37,315 bases of DNA from a virus. Taxonomy: Duplodnaviria; Caudoviricetes. The notes beneath the pieces were generated by a model. The model was not told the origin of the DNA, made no database searches, and was given only the letters and a program-made list of their open reading frames with translations. How positions within the stretch are numbered: position 1 is the stretch's first letter; each line of letters starts with the position of its first letter. The stretch covers positions 1-37,315 of the IMG/VR virus record IMGVR_UViG_3300021082_000067; one strand, written 5' to 3'. This document shows positions 15,826 to 25,828 of the stretch, one piece after another. The position numbers and the translations under genes are program-made.

Positions 15826-18621
15826 ATGGTAGCCAACATACGCGGTTTTACCACTAACTACGCATTCAAGCTCATCAACTTCGACACACCACGTTGGCAT
15901 ACCCTTGAGTATTCCAACTGGCAGCAGCTTGACGCTATATTGAAGTTGACCAACGTACCGCAGATGCGCGGTGAGTGGTCTAATAGCACTGCGTATCTAG
16001 TAGGCGATAGAGTCATTGATGTTATTGATGGTCACGTATACCGCGCATTAGTACAGCATACTAGCTCTGCACCACCTGTTGAGTTCGCAGACGAGCGTAT
16101 AGCTCATTCTACCTATTGGGTAGTACAGATACCCGGTGTGCCTCTATATCGCGGTGAGTGGACACCTAATACAACGTATGCGTTAGGTGACATTGTTAAG
16201 ATCATTACACCACCAGCGACAGTTGCTTATCAATACCAACTCTGCATCAATGCTCATACATCAAACATCGGCACATTCCCTGTCGATGTTGACTATTGGA
16301 CGTTGGTGTTCGATGCTACCAATGTCGTGTTGGATACACAGGAGGCAGCAAGTGAAGCTGCTGCGTCTGCAAGCGAAGCAGCTTCCTCTGCTACTGTTGC
16401 TAATGACGCCGCTGTTGATGCATCTACTGCCGCTGATGCTGCACAGGATGCAGCAGATGCAGCGGCTAACTCTGCTAGTAATGCGCTATCAGCACAAGGC
16501 GCATTCAGGTGGAACTTCATCAACAATCCCGGTGTGCATGATCCCGGTGCTGGCAATCATGTATACAACAACGCCAACGTAGCACTTGCTACTAAGCTCA
16601 GCATTAGTGGCACTACAGCGGACCCCGGTGCGCCTAGTGTTCAGAACTGGTTGATGACTTGGGATGATAGTACCAGCTTGCCGACTAAGGGTACTATCTA
16701 TGTGCGTAAGTCCGGCTTCCCTGATAACTTCTTCATCTACAATATCATTGGTACTGCTATCAATCATACTACGTGGGTTGAGTTTGACATCGAGTTCATT
16801 GCACAGTTCGGCAGTGTGTTAGCTGGTGAACAGACTACGATAGGCTTCTCACGCACAGGTAATGCTGGCAATCCCGGTCCCGGCACTGGTGATATGCTTG
16901 GTGCCAACAACCTGAGTGATGTGTCTAGTCCATCTACATCACGTACTAATCTAGGTGTAGGTGCAGCGCAAACACCGTCGTTTGCACAGGTGTTGTTGAG
17001 CGATGATCCCACACAAGACGGACATGCTATAACTAAGCGGTACTTAGATAGCGGTGGTGGCCTTGCTAACAAGGTCAACATCGACGGCTCTAGTATAATG
17101 ACTGGACCGTTGAAGATACACTATACTGTTGGCGATCAACGATCACACATTGATTGGGAAGATCAAAAGCATTACGTCTTCGGTACTTGGCAAGACGATA
17201 CAGGCTATGCTGAATTTGATATATCTGGTTATGGCCCCAGCGGCTATTACGCTGCGATTGTGTCGTCAGGCGCACGCGGTGAAATGTCTGCACCGCAACC
17301 TGTACAAATTGGTGATGAGATAGGGTTCCACTACATATACTCCTGTCATGGCGGTGTTGCTGGTAATGGGTTCGGTGGTAGCGCATCGTGGGGTGCTATT
17401 GTAGATGCTGCGCCTGTACCTGATGTTGGTACACCTATAGGATTGACATTCAGGACAGGCGCAGGCTTCGATACTGGCGTTGAACGTCTACGCATTGGCA
17501 GTGATGGCAATGCTATATTCCATAAAGGTATATCTGTTGCTGAAGGTATATCAGCAGCTACCTTGTATGTCTCAGGCGGTATAAGTACTGCTAGCTTTAC
17601 CTCAACACTGACACCAACAACAGGCAGATACTACTTCGGTACTACTGGTACTAAATACCTAGAGTATGATGGTACTCAATACGCATTTGCTGTAGGTACT
17701 CCAGCCGATCCTTTAGTTGCAGACTCGCTTAGGTCAAGAGGCTCTGTGTGGAGTGGTGTAAGTGGTGTTCAAGGTGCATACCGCTTCGGTAGTGACGGTG
17801 CTAACAAGTACCTGTTCTATGATGCTACAAACTACATCCTGAATGGTGGTGGCTTTGTTATCAACAACCCTAACATACAAGTTGGTGGTACTACTGCTAA
17901 CGGTGTTGTAAACTTCGGTAACACCGCTGGTAGAAACCTACAGTATGATGGTGCTGGCACATACACACTGAATGGAGGGTCATTCGATGTAGTATCTGGT
18001 CGTGTCACTGCACGTGCTGACATGATGACCATACGTGCTGGCGACCCAGCACAGGGCCTTACGTTCTACGGCAATAGTGGTGCTGCTTATATACACTACG
18101 TTGGTGGTGCATTCAATTTCACGCATCATGTAATAGCGCCTTCGGCAGCTATTCCTAACATAGCGATGGCGTACCCTGCATATCTCAACATGCAGCAGCT
18201 TGCTGGTTCGCTATACCAAGCTGGTCCGGGTAGCATTGTAATCAGATCACACTCTTCTGCTGGATACGATCCATTCATCTCCTACTGGCGTGATGGCGGA
18301 GGCTATGCCGCTAACATGGGGATGATGAACGACAACCGCTTTGGCTTTGGTGGTTGGTCTGTTGGTGGTGGTGTACAGTATCGGTTCTGGTCACGTGAGG
18401 ACTTCGGTGAGTCGCCAGTACACAACACTAGGCTTGTGTATGTTGGTGACTATGTACACAGCAGCGATGAAGGATTGACAGAGCCGTATGGACCGACATG
18501 CTGCCAAACAGGAGGCAGTGGTGCTAATCTAAGTGGCTTTGGTGGCTCTTATTTAACTCAACGCTACCGTGCGCTGCAAATTAGAACTGTTAGCGGCTAC
18601 TACGGATCGGAGGCCGCATGA
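15826..18621 (+). CDS. Tail fibre / receptor-binding protein
   Basis: 931 aa; two RGEW...Y..GD.V modules, Ala/Ser coiled linker, NNLSDV...RTNLG fibre motif, Gly/Tyr repeats. Confidence 0.85.
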   Translation: MVANIRGFTTNYAFKLINFDTPRWHTLEYSNWQQLDAILKLTNVPQMRGEWSNSTAYLVGDRVIDVIDGHVYRALVQHTSSAPPVEFADERIAHSTYWVVQIPGVPLYRGEWTPNTTYALGDIVKIITPPATVAYQYQLCINAHTSNIGTFPVDVDYWTLVFDATNVVLDTQEAASEAAASASEAASSATVANDAAVDASTAADAAQDAADAAANSASNALSAQGAFRWNFINNPGVHDPGAGNHVYNNANVALATKLSISGTTADPGAPSVQNWLMTWDDSTSLPTKGTIYVRKSGFPDNFFIYNIIGTAINHTTWVEFDIEFIAQFGSVLAGEQTTIGFSRTGNAGNPGPGTGDMLGANNLSDVSSPSTSRTNLGVGAAQTPSFAQVLLSDDPTQDGHAITKRYLDSGGGLANKVNIDGSSIMTGPLKIHYTVGDQRSHIDWEDQKHYVFGTWQDDTGYAEFDISGYGPSGYYAAIVSSGARGEMSAPQPVQIGDEIGFHYIYSCHGGVAGNGFGGSASWGAIVDAAPVPDVGTPIGLTFRTGAGFDTGVERLRIGSDGNAIFHKGISVAEGISAATLYVSGGISTASFTSTLTPTTGRYYFGTTGTKYLEYDGTQYAFAVGTPADPLVADSLRSRGSVWSGVSGVQGAYRFGSDGANKYLFYDATNYILNGGGFVINNPNIQVGGTTANGVVNFGNTAGRNLQYDGAGTYTLNGGSFDVVSGRVTARADMMTIRAGDPAQGLTFYGNSGAAYIHYVGGAFNFTHHVIAPSAAIPNIAMAYPAYLNMQQLAGSLYQAGPGSIVIRSHSSAGYDPFISYWRDGGGYAANMGMMNDNRFGFGGWSVGGGVQYRFWSREDFGESPVHNTRLVYVGDYVHSSDEGLTEPYGPTCCQTGGSGANLSGFGGSYLTQRYRALQIRTVSGYYGSEAA

Positions 18622-19121
18622 AGATCATCGACCACGGCACATGGGTTCCTTACAAACCCGACAAGCCGCAGCAAGATGCTCCGGCTAATGCTGTATACAT
18701 GCGGCGTGAGAGTGACGGCGTTGACTGGTATGACTACGTGCGTCCTAACTTCGAGCAGTTGTTTCCAAGAAAGACTACTCTACCAGAATACAAGTCACCC
18801 GGCGCACCTAAGTTCACACCCGGTAGCTTAGTCTGCAACGTCTATCACCACAAACGCTTCAACAAGCATATCGTCGGTACTGCTACACGTGATCCAACAG
18901 CAATGTTGCCATACAACCAACGTATAATAGAGATCATCGGTTTCGATGGTGATGATCCACATGCGGAGTTTGGCGGCAAGGTGTATGATCATGACGCTGG
19001 TACGTTCACCACGCTAGTGCTACCAACGCTCAAACCAACAACTGAAGCACAAGCAGTTCTCGATGCACTCGCCACTATCATGCAGCGTCTTGATAAGCTA
19101 GAGAAGCATCCACACAAATGA
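18618..19121 (+). CDS. Putative tail fibre assembly/chaperone protein
   Basis: Overlaps fibre stop (ATGA); DGVDWY motif seen in fibre-associated chaperones. Confidence 0.55.
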   Translation: MKIIDHGTWVPYKPDKPQQDAPANAVYMRRESDGVDWYDYVRPNFEQLFPRKTTLPEYKSPGAPKFTPGSLVCNVYHHKRFNKHIVGTATRDPTAMLPYNQRIIEIIGFDGDDPHAEFGGKVYDHDAGTFTTLVLPTLKPTTEAQAVLDALATIMQRLDKLEKHPHK

Positions 19122-19402
19122 TGGTCGAAGCTAGGTCATGGATCAAAGACAACAGTACGCTTGTATACTTCCTCATCGCACAAGCGTTGGGACTGTGCGG
19201 CGCTATTGTTACTATGACTGCGTATATAACGAAGCTAGAGGCACGTGTCAACACTCTGGAGGTGCGCGGTTCACCACACTTGAATACGATAGACAATCGG
19301 TTGACAGTGTTGGAAGCCGCAACGAAGGACAACTTAACGCGGATTGATCGCATTGTTACTATCATGACTAAAGAACTACACATCGCACCTACTAGGCCAT
19401 AA
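19118..19402 (+). CDS. Single-TM coiled-coil protein (possible holin or spanin component)
   Basis: Hydrophobic LVYFLIAQALGLCGAIVTMTAYI then heptad-like segment. Confidence 0.55.
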   Translation: MMVEARSWIKDNSTLVYFLIAQALGLCGAIVTMTAYITKLEARVNTLEVRGSPHLNTIDNRLTVLEAATKDNLTRIDRIVTIMTKELHIAPTRP

Positions 19403-19944
19403 TGAAGATCACTGTACGACAAGTTGAAACACCGCATGATGCTAATGACATCGAGGATGTTGCTACGCATTGCAACAACGAGCACGGTTGTGGTCGTTCA
19501 TTCGATGCACGTGAGATTGGCAAGCACGTGTTCGCATGTGTACAGGATAAAGATCGCAAATACCTTAACGGTTGGATAGCATACGACATCAATGACATAC
19601 CAGTTGGCTACATGGTTGCAACGATGCGACAGAGTATGTTCAGTACACGCAACTATGCCATACAAGAGATGTGGTATGTGTTGCCTCATGCGCGTAAGTC
19701 GTTCGCTGGGTTGATGCTACTGCATGAGTTCGAGCAGTGGGCGTTAGAGCGTGATGCTGAGCGTATCTACATGCAGGTTGAGCATGACCACGACGAGAAA
19801 CTAACTGAACGTATACTTAGATTGATGACTTCAATGGGCTACAAGAAACAGGGCTACATCTGTGTAAAGGTTATTCCAACAGAGGACACTACCAATGATC
19901 GCTCCACACATCGCAGCGTGGGCGCTGAACAAGCGCAAGTCTAA
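19402..19944 (+). CDS. GNAT-family acetyltransferase-like protein
   Basis: EMWYVLPHARKSFAGLMLL acetyl-CoA motif A and MGYKKQG; position before ejection proteins. Confidence 0.85.
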   Translation: MKITVRQVETPHDANDIEDVATHCNNEHGCGRSFDAREIGKHVFACVQDKDRKYLNGWIAYDINDIPVGYMVATMRQSMFSTRNYAIQEMWYVLPHARKSFAGLMLLHEFEQWALERDAERIYMQVEHDHDEKLTERILRLMTSMGYKKQGYICVKVIPTEDTTNDRSTHRSVGAEQAQV

Positions 19945-21010
19945 CACTGATGTGGCGGCGGTTGTTGCCACTCATGTGTCTAACATCAATGACAAGCCTA
20001 AGAAGCGCAAGCTCGATGCTGATGAGCATGTGCTAGAGACAAAGGGTGGTGGTGGTTATCAACCACCTCCGCAGCCTACTCCACAAGAGCAAGCTGCTGC
20101 ACGTGATTGGGAAGCACAGCAAGACTTTGATCGTGAGCAGCGTCGTCAGGAGCAGATTGATAAAGCTGCTGCGGACAAGAAGGTTATAGATGACGCAGCA
20201 TGGAAGAGTGGTAAGGACTCTGCATACACAGGTGCTAAGAGTGGCGCAGCTAGCAGACTTAATTCACTCGGTATACAATCAGGTGATCCATACGGTGTAT
20301 GGGAACAAGTCAACAATCGCTATGACACTGCTAACAATGCGCTGACGACAGGTGCAGATTATAGCACTGCATTCAACTCGGGCATAGTGGATGAGATACT
20401 AGGTACTGCGCGCACTGGTCAGCGGAACAAGTACAACACCGCATTCAACTCACAGATTAGCCCGTACTATGCAGAGGACGAGTTCAGTAGCACATCAGAT
20501 GATGCTATCTTGCAGAGCATCCTCGATCAGCAGTATAACGATGCGCTCACTGACCTGACGCAATCGCGTGATCGTGGTATCACTAATAGCAACGTCTACG
20601 ACCGCGCTGTTCGCGATCTAGGAACAGCTAAGGCTACTGCCAACACCGACTTGCAGGGCATTGGTGGTAACATCCTCAAGGATATAACTGGTGACATCAA
20701 CACACGCAGACAAGGTTCGCTTGATAGTGCTGCGAATTGGGACTTCGGCACTGTGTATGATCCTAGTCAAGAAGCTAACCGCATTCGTCAGTACGCTGAT
20801 GAGCGTCGTGGTGGTCTTGAAGGTGAGATACGTGGTGCAGTTGGTGGTCGTGAGTTCTTTGATGTTAACTCACTGCTTGGTAAGGCTAATGCTAAGACTG
20901 GCAGCGCACCAGCACCGACTAGCGCAGGTGGTAGTGCGTTGTATGACACGTTCGAGAATGAAGCTACACGCAATGCAGCGAATACACGACAGAATGAAGG
21001 CACCTTCTAG
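19895..21010 (+). CDS. Putative internal virion (ejection) protein 1
   Basis: 371 aa helical; leader followed by KGGGG; GAGG RBS. Confidence 0.6.
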   Translation: MIAPHIAAWALNKRKSNTDVAAVVATHVSNINDKPKKRKLDADEHVLETKGGGGYQPPPQPTPQEQAAARDWEAQQDFDREQRRQEQIDKAAADKKVIDDAAWKSGKDSAYTGAKSGAASRLNSLGIQSGDPYGVWEQVNNRYDTANNALTTGADYSTAFNSGIVDEILGTARTGQRNKYNTAFNSQISPYYAEDEFSSTSDDAILQSILDQQYNDALTDLTQSRDRGITNSNVYDRAVRDLGTAKATANTDLQGIGGNILKDITGDINTRRQGSLDSAANWDFGTVYDPSQEANRIRQYADERRGGLEGEIRGAVGGREFFDVNSLLGKANAKTGSAPAPTSAGGSALYDTFENEATRNAANTRQNEGTF

Positions 21011-21041
21011 TCTCTGCATGGTGAACTAGAGGATACGTAGT

Positions 21042-22103
21042 ATGGAAATGATGATGGGCGGTCTGATCGGCGGGGGCTTAGGCTTCGCCGGTCAGATGAT
21101 CAACGCCGAAGAACAAGCTGAAACCAGAGACATGAATTGGGCAACCAATATCATGAACTGGCAACAGCGTAATAAGGAGTACGAACAGCAACTCGCGCTG
21201 GCTCTACGTGCACGTGCTGAGCAGAAGATGGGTAGCACGGACATCCGTGGTACTCGTACTAAGTTCGTACCGGGTCAGGGTTGGGTCACTACAGCAGGGC
21301 CACAAGTTGCTAAGTTGATGGCTGCTCAAGATGCTGAGCAGATGAAGCGTCTTGGTCACGATGCTAATGCGCGTCGTATGATGCAGGATCGCAACATAGC
21401 ACGTAGCTATGGTGATGAAGCGTTAGCAGATACGTTCAGGCGGCAGTTAGTTAACACTGCACCACCTAAAGATGACGATGCTTGGGCTGCCAAGCTAATG
21501 GCACCACAGGTTGCAGCACTGCGTATAGCTGGTGAGGACGCTGACAAGAGTGCATGGCGGCAAGCATTCAGGACAGGACAGAATAGCAACTTCGACCGCA
21601 TTGCTAGTGGTATGCAGCGTGAGAAGAACAACGCATATCAACAAGCTGCGATGCAATCACAGATCATGGCACGTGGCTTGGGTGTGAAGGAACAGACAGA
21701 GAGAAAGAACAACCTTGCTAATCTGTATAATATGTTCGCAACACGTGCTGGTGCTGTACCTGATGTCTCAGTGAACTTCCAAGACTTCGACAAGCTAGGT
21801 ACACTAGACAAGTCGATGCAAGGTTCACTAGCTGCGGATCAGTTTGCAGCTAGCTCAGCAGGGAGAAAGGGTGGTGAGTTGGATTATATGTCACCACTCA
21901 CTGGCACTGGCAATGCTGTTAGTGGATTAGGCTCATCGCTGGGTAGCATGTTTAGAGGCATGGCAGCTAAGAACGCATACCAAGGCAATCAAGGTGGTGG
22001 TGTGCGTGGCTTCGGTAGCACTAGTGGTGATGACGGTGGCGGTTGGAGTAGTGGCGGCAGTGATATATACCTTGATACACAAGGTGGAACGGGTGGCTGG
22101 TAA
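21042..22103 (+). CDS. Putative internal virion (ejection) protein 2
   Basis: Gly-rich hydrophobic N-terminus MMMGGLIGGGLG, Ala/Gln-rich helices. Confidence 0.65.
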   Translation: MEMMMGGLIGGGLGFAGQMINAEEQAETRDMNWATNIMNWQQRNKEYEQQLALALRARAEQKMGSTDIRGTRTKFVPGQGWVTTAGPQVAKLMAAQDAEQMKRLGHDANARRMMQDRNIARSYGDEALADTFRRQLVNTAPPKDDDAWAAKLMAPQVAALRIAGEDADKSAWRQAFRTGQNSNFDRIASGMQREKNNAYQQAAMQSQIMARGLGVKEQTERKNNLANLYNMFATRAGAVPDVSVNFQDFDKLGTLDKSMQGSLAADQFAASSAGRKGGELDYMSPLTGTGNAVSGLGSSLGSMFRGMAAKNAYQGNQGGGVRGFGSTSGDDGGGWSSGGSDIYLDTQGGTGGW

Positions 22104-25100
22104 TGGCTCGTGTCATACCTAGTGGTGGTCAAGATCAAACTGCGTTGTTCGTAGCACGCGAAGCTGCGGCTAATGACGCGCTTGCGCGTATGTACATCAT
22201 GCTACAAGCTAAGCGTGAGGATCGCTTAGCACAGCAAGAGTTCATGCGTGAGATGTTAGCTGAGAGGCAAGCGCATGATTGGGCCAAGACTAGGTTCTTG
22301 TATCCTGATGACAACAGTGCAAACACAGATAGTCCACTAGGCAACAGTCCCGGTGCTAGTGCTTACACACCATCAGGTCCGCGGCCTATACCTAATGCAC
22401 TGCCGGGTGATACTGCTGCACCGCTGCCTAGTGATAGCTTCCAACTGCCAACAGCATCACCTACTAGTCTCAATGGCAGTGGGCCTATGCAAGCTGACAG
22501 GTTTGCATCTAATGGTGATCCTAATGATCCAATGAATGCGATGGCACAGGGTAGTCTAGATCAGATACCACCAGCAGCTAAGGGTCAAGCACGCTCTACT
22601 AACAAGACTGGTCCTACGTTGACAGGATTGCCGCGTCAACCACGCACTGCGCGACCACAGGCAGGGTTTGTCAACATCCATCCTACTATATTGAATGAGT
22701 GGCGTCAGGCAGAGATAGAGAATAGGCTGCCACAAGGTACACTGCTCACAGTGTTAGGCTTTGAGAACGACGGTGGTAGGAGATATGGTAAGAACAGCGT
22801 CAGTAGTGCTAATGGGTGGTTTCAATTCACTGATGCACTAAGACAGAAGTTCAACCTCAGTGAAGCAGACACGCATGATCCTGTGTTGATGGGTAGGTTA
22901 GCTGCTCGCAACATGGCAGATAACAGGAACATACTAACATCATTGACTAGCAGCACCAACAAGGTAGCATTAGGCAATAGCGTTGGTGAGATACCGTTCT
23001 ATACTGTGTTGCATCAGTTCGGTCCCGGTGATGGATCGCGTATCGTTGCAGCATTGAAGGCCAATCCTAATCTCAAGATGGCCGATGTAATGTTGCAGAA
23101 CCTTAAGAACGCTGACGGTACACCACGTGATATAGCTAAGATACTAGTCAACAACCGCATACCGTTTGATGCTACTGTAGGTGACTTCTATAGGATGCAT
23201 CGTGCTAAGATTGATCCTTGGATGAACAAGGCAATCATTAGTGATGGTCAACCACAGGCGCAAACAGGACCACAAGGTGGTGCTACGCCTAGTAGTGCTG
23301 TTGCATTCCTACAATCACGTGGTCCGGGTGCTAACGTCAGTGGCTTGTCGCCTGATGTAGCTATCAGCTTGGCTAATGCTATTCAGCAAGCAGAAGCAGC
23401 AACAGGTGCGCGTGCTAGGTTGACATCAGGTCATAGGACGTATGATGAACAGGCTGAGTTGTATCGTAGGTACAAGAGCGGTGGTGGTCTAGCTGCACCA
23501 CCCGGTCATTCACGTCATGAGCAAGGTAATGCTGGTGACATAGCACATGGTCCTGTACTTGAGTATCTGCGTCGCAACCCACAAGTGATGGCAGCTAACG
23601 GCTTAGAGTTCTTAGGTGGTCGTGCTGGTCAGATTGATCGCGTGCATGTGCAGCGCATACGTGGTTGGCAACCACAAGGTGCAGCAGCGCAGTTCGCTAG
23701 TAGAGGTGCGCCAACTAATGCACCTACAGATGTATCATCACAAGCTACACAGGTATCACTGCCATCACGCACACCTATGAAAGGTGTTGGTAAAGCTGTA
23801 CCTGACCCAACAGGACAATTCGGCTTCAAGCCTTCTCCATCCATATCACCTATTGAAGCAGCAAAAGATGCTATCTTCGCAGCACCGGGAGCTATTAAAG
23901 GTGGAGCTAGTACTCCTCCTGTTGCTCGCACTCCCGCTCCTACTCCTACTCCTGCTGTAGCTGCACCTACTACAGCTAATGTACCTATGCCTATACCGCG
24001 TCCTATCCCCGGTCAGAACTTAGGTGAGTCTGGTGCGCCTCAACCACAGATACCAGAGCAACCTGTACCACTGCCGCCGCGTAGGCCACCTATGCCTGCA
24101 CCTACACTAGCACCACCTGATGCACCTGATGCACCAGCACCATTGATGAGCGGTGGTGATATGGGTGCTGCTGCTGGTATACGTCCAACGCCTGAGTTAC
24201 AGGAGTTGTTCAACAACGATGGCGATGTACTACCACCACCTATTACACCTGATGGACCTGCACTACCGCCGGGTGCCACACGTGAACCTAATGGTGATGT
24301 GACTGTACCACGACCACTGCCAAGGCCGAAAGGATTAGGTCCGCAGCCAGACCCACAATCGCTTGATATGATTGATGAGATGGCTGGTGACAAGTTGCCT
24401 ATCAGTCCAAGCGATGCACAAGCTGACCCATTCATGGGTGCTCAGAAGCCATACGTACCTCCGGTAGGTAGGCAAGCTGATGACCAGATGATGGAGAGCA
24501 TCAATCAGCCGCAGCTATTAGAACAACAGCAAAGCGACATGCCGCAGGAGTTAGGCATTGGTGCACAGCTACCACCTATGCCTGATACGTCATTCGACAC
24601 TAGTGAGATGGATGCTGCTGTACCTGATGCATATCCTAGCATACCTACACCTTGGCCCGAGCCACAGTTCAACCAATCAGTACGAGCATCACCACCAGAC
24701 AACAAGTACGATCCCGGCTTGTCACGTGAAGCACGTGATGCTGGTATGCAGCGTATGCTTGAGAAGTTGAAAGAGGTGGCAGGTGGTGCAGCTACAGGCG
24801 CACGTAAGGTTATCGGTGTGCCGTTTGATGACTATGACAATCCTGAGTTGGTAGCAAAGACAGAAGAGAAGATCGGCGGTGATATACGTGAAGGTGCAGA
24901 GGATATGCTGTACAACGCTGGTCGCAGCATCAACCGTGGTTATGATGCTGGTGCTAGAGCGTTGAAGGGTATGTACGCTGGTGCTATACCGTACATACAG
25001 GGATTGTATGGCAACGCACAAGGTAACACTGGTGCCATTCGTGAAGCACAAGAGTTCAAGGACAAAGTGTTCACTGGACCTAATGATGCTGGCACCAGTG

Positions 25101-25828
25101 GCTTCGTTGTTGGATCACCTGAGAGCTACAATCAAGGTATACCGGGTATACCGCAGTATGCTCAACGTGACATTGGCGCTGCTGCTGCACTACCGCCACA
25201 GAGTGAACAGCCTACAGTACCTACTAAGTTAAGCACGCCTAATCTGCCTAACCCTGTGACGTTGCCTGATGATGGTCAACGCCAGATGTATGATCGTGGC
25301 TTCCCATCTGTTAGCTTGAGGCCACAAGCACCTGTTACAGCTATACAAGGTGATGCACGTAGCGCACTGCCGGGGTTGCCATCAATGCCATCAATGCCAT
25401 CGCTACCTAGTGCAAGCGATGCGGGTAGTGCAGCATTCAATGCACTACGTGCTATGCGCTCACGCTTACCAGAGGGTATGCTGGACAAGATGAAGAATGC
25501 AATCTTTGCAGCAGGTAGACCTAAGACTACACCTGCTCCATCGTTTGATCCCAACGCGCCATTGCCATCACGCAAGGTGAGAACAGTTTCACCTAATGAA
25601 GATGTAGGCTTGCAACCATTCAGCATACCCAAGGTAGGTGAAGACAAGAAGGTGACAGGTTCACCATTCAATCCTAATGAGAGTCAAGCAGGTAAAGGTA
25701 AGCTGCCTCCACCACCTAGCAAGAGCGGTAGTAGTGGTGATCCACCCGGTACTATCACGCTACCTGATGGACGCAAGAAGATACCTGATAGCAATGCGCC
25801 GGGTGGATTTAGATACGTGGTGCCGTAG
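22103..25828 (+). CDS. Internal virion protein with lytic-transglycosylase-like and M15 peptidase domains
   Basis: GFEN...SSANGWFQF (lysozyme-like fold); TSGHRTYDEQ...SRHEQGNAGD...VHVQ (M15 Zn motif); long Pro-rich tail. Confidence 0.8.
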   Translation: MARVIPSGGQDQTALFVAREAAANDALARMYIMLQAKREDRLAQQEFMREMLAERQAHDWAKTRFLYPDDNSANTDSPLGNSPGASAYTPSGPRPIPNALPGDTAAPLPSDSFQLPTASPTSLNGSGPMQADRFASNGDPNDPMNAMAQGSLDQIPPAAKGQARSTNKTGPTLTGLPRQPRTARPQAGFVNIHPTILNEWRQAEIENRLPQGTLLTVLGFENDGGRRYGKNSVSSANGWFQFTDALRQKFNLSEADTHDPVLMGRLAARNMADNRNILTSLTSSTNKVALGNSVGEIPFYTVLHQFGPGDGSRIVAALKANPNLKMADVMLQNLKNADGTPRDIAKILVNNRIPFDATVGDFYRMHRAKIDPWMNKAIISDGQPQAQTGPQGGATPSSAVAFLQSRGPGANVSGLSPDVAISLANAIQQAEAATGARARLTSGHRTYDEQAELYRRYKSGGGLAAPPGHSRHEQGNAGDIAHGPVLEYLRRNPQVMAANGLEFLGGRAGQIDRVHVQRIRGWQPQGAAAQFASRGAPTNAPTDVSSQATQVSLPSRTPMKGVGKAVPDPTGQFGFKPSPSISPIEAAKDAIFAAPGAIKGGASTPPVARTPAPTPTPAVAAPTTANVPMPIPRPIPGQNLGESGAPQPQIPEQPVPLPPRRPPMPAPTLAPPDAPDAPAPLMSGGDMGAAAGIRPTPELQELFNNDGDVLPPPITPDGPALPPGATREPNGDVTVPRPLPRPKGLGPQPDPQSLDMIDEMAGDKLPISPSDAQADPFMGAQKPYVPPVGRQADDQMMESINQPQLLEQQQSDMPQELGIGAQLPPMPDTSFDTSEMDAAVPDAYPSIPTPWPEPQFNQSVRASPPDNKYDPGLSREARDAGMQRMLEKLKEVAGGAATGARKVIGVPFDDYDNPELVAKTEEKIGGDIREGAEDMLYNAGRSINRGYDAGARALKGMYAGAIPYIQGLYGNAQGNTGAIREAQEFKDKVFTGPNDAGTSGFVVGSPESYNQGIPGIPQYAQRDIGAAAALPPQSEQPTVPTKLSTPNLPNPVTLPDDGQRQMYDRGFPSVSLRPQAPVTAIQGDARSALPGLPSMPSMPSLPSASDAGSAAFNALRAMRSRLPEGMLDKMKNAIFAAGRPKTTPAPSFDPNAPLPSRKVRTVSPNEDVGLQPFSIPKVGEDKKVTGSPFNPNESQAGKGKLPPPPSKSGSSGDPPGTITLPDGRKKIPDSNAPGGFRYVVP

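Noticed and set aside
15826-18621. Diversity-generating retroelement or invertible fibre cassette
   Set aside because: No reverse transcriptase, invertase or duplicated template repeat seen
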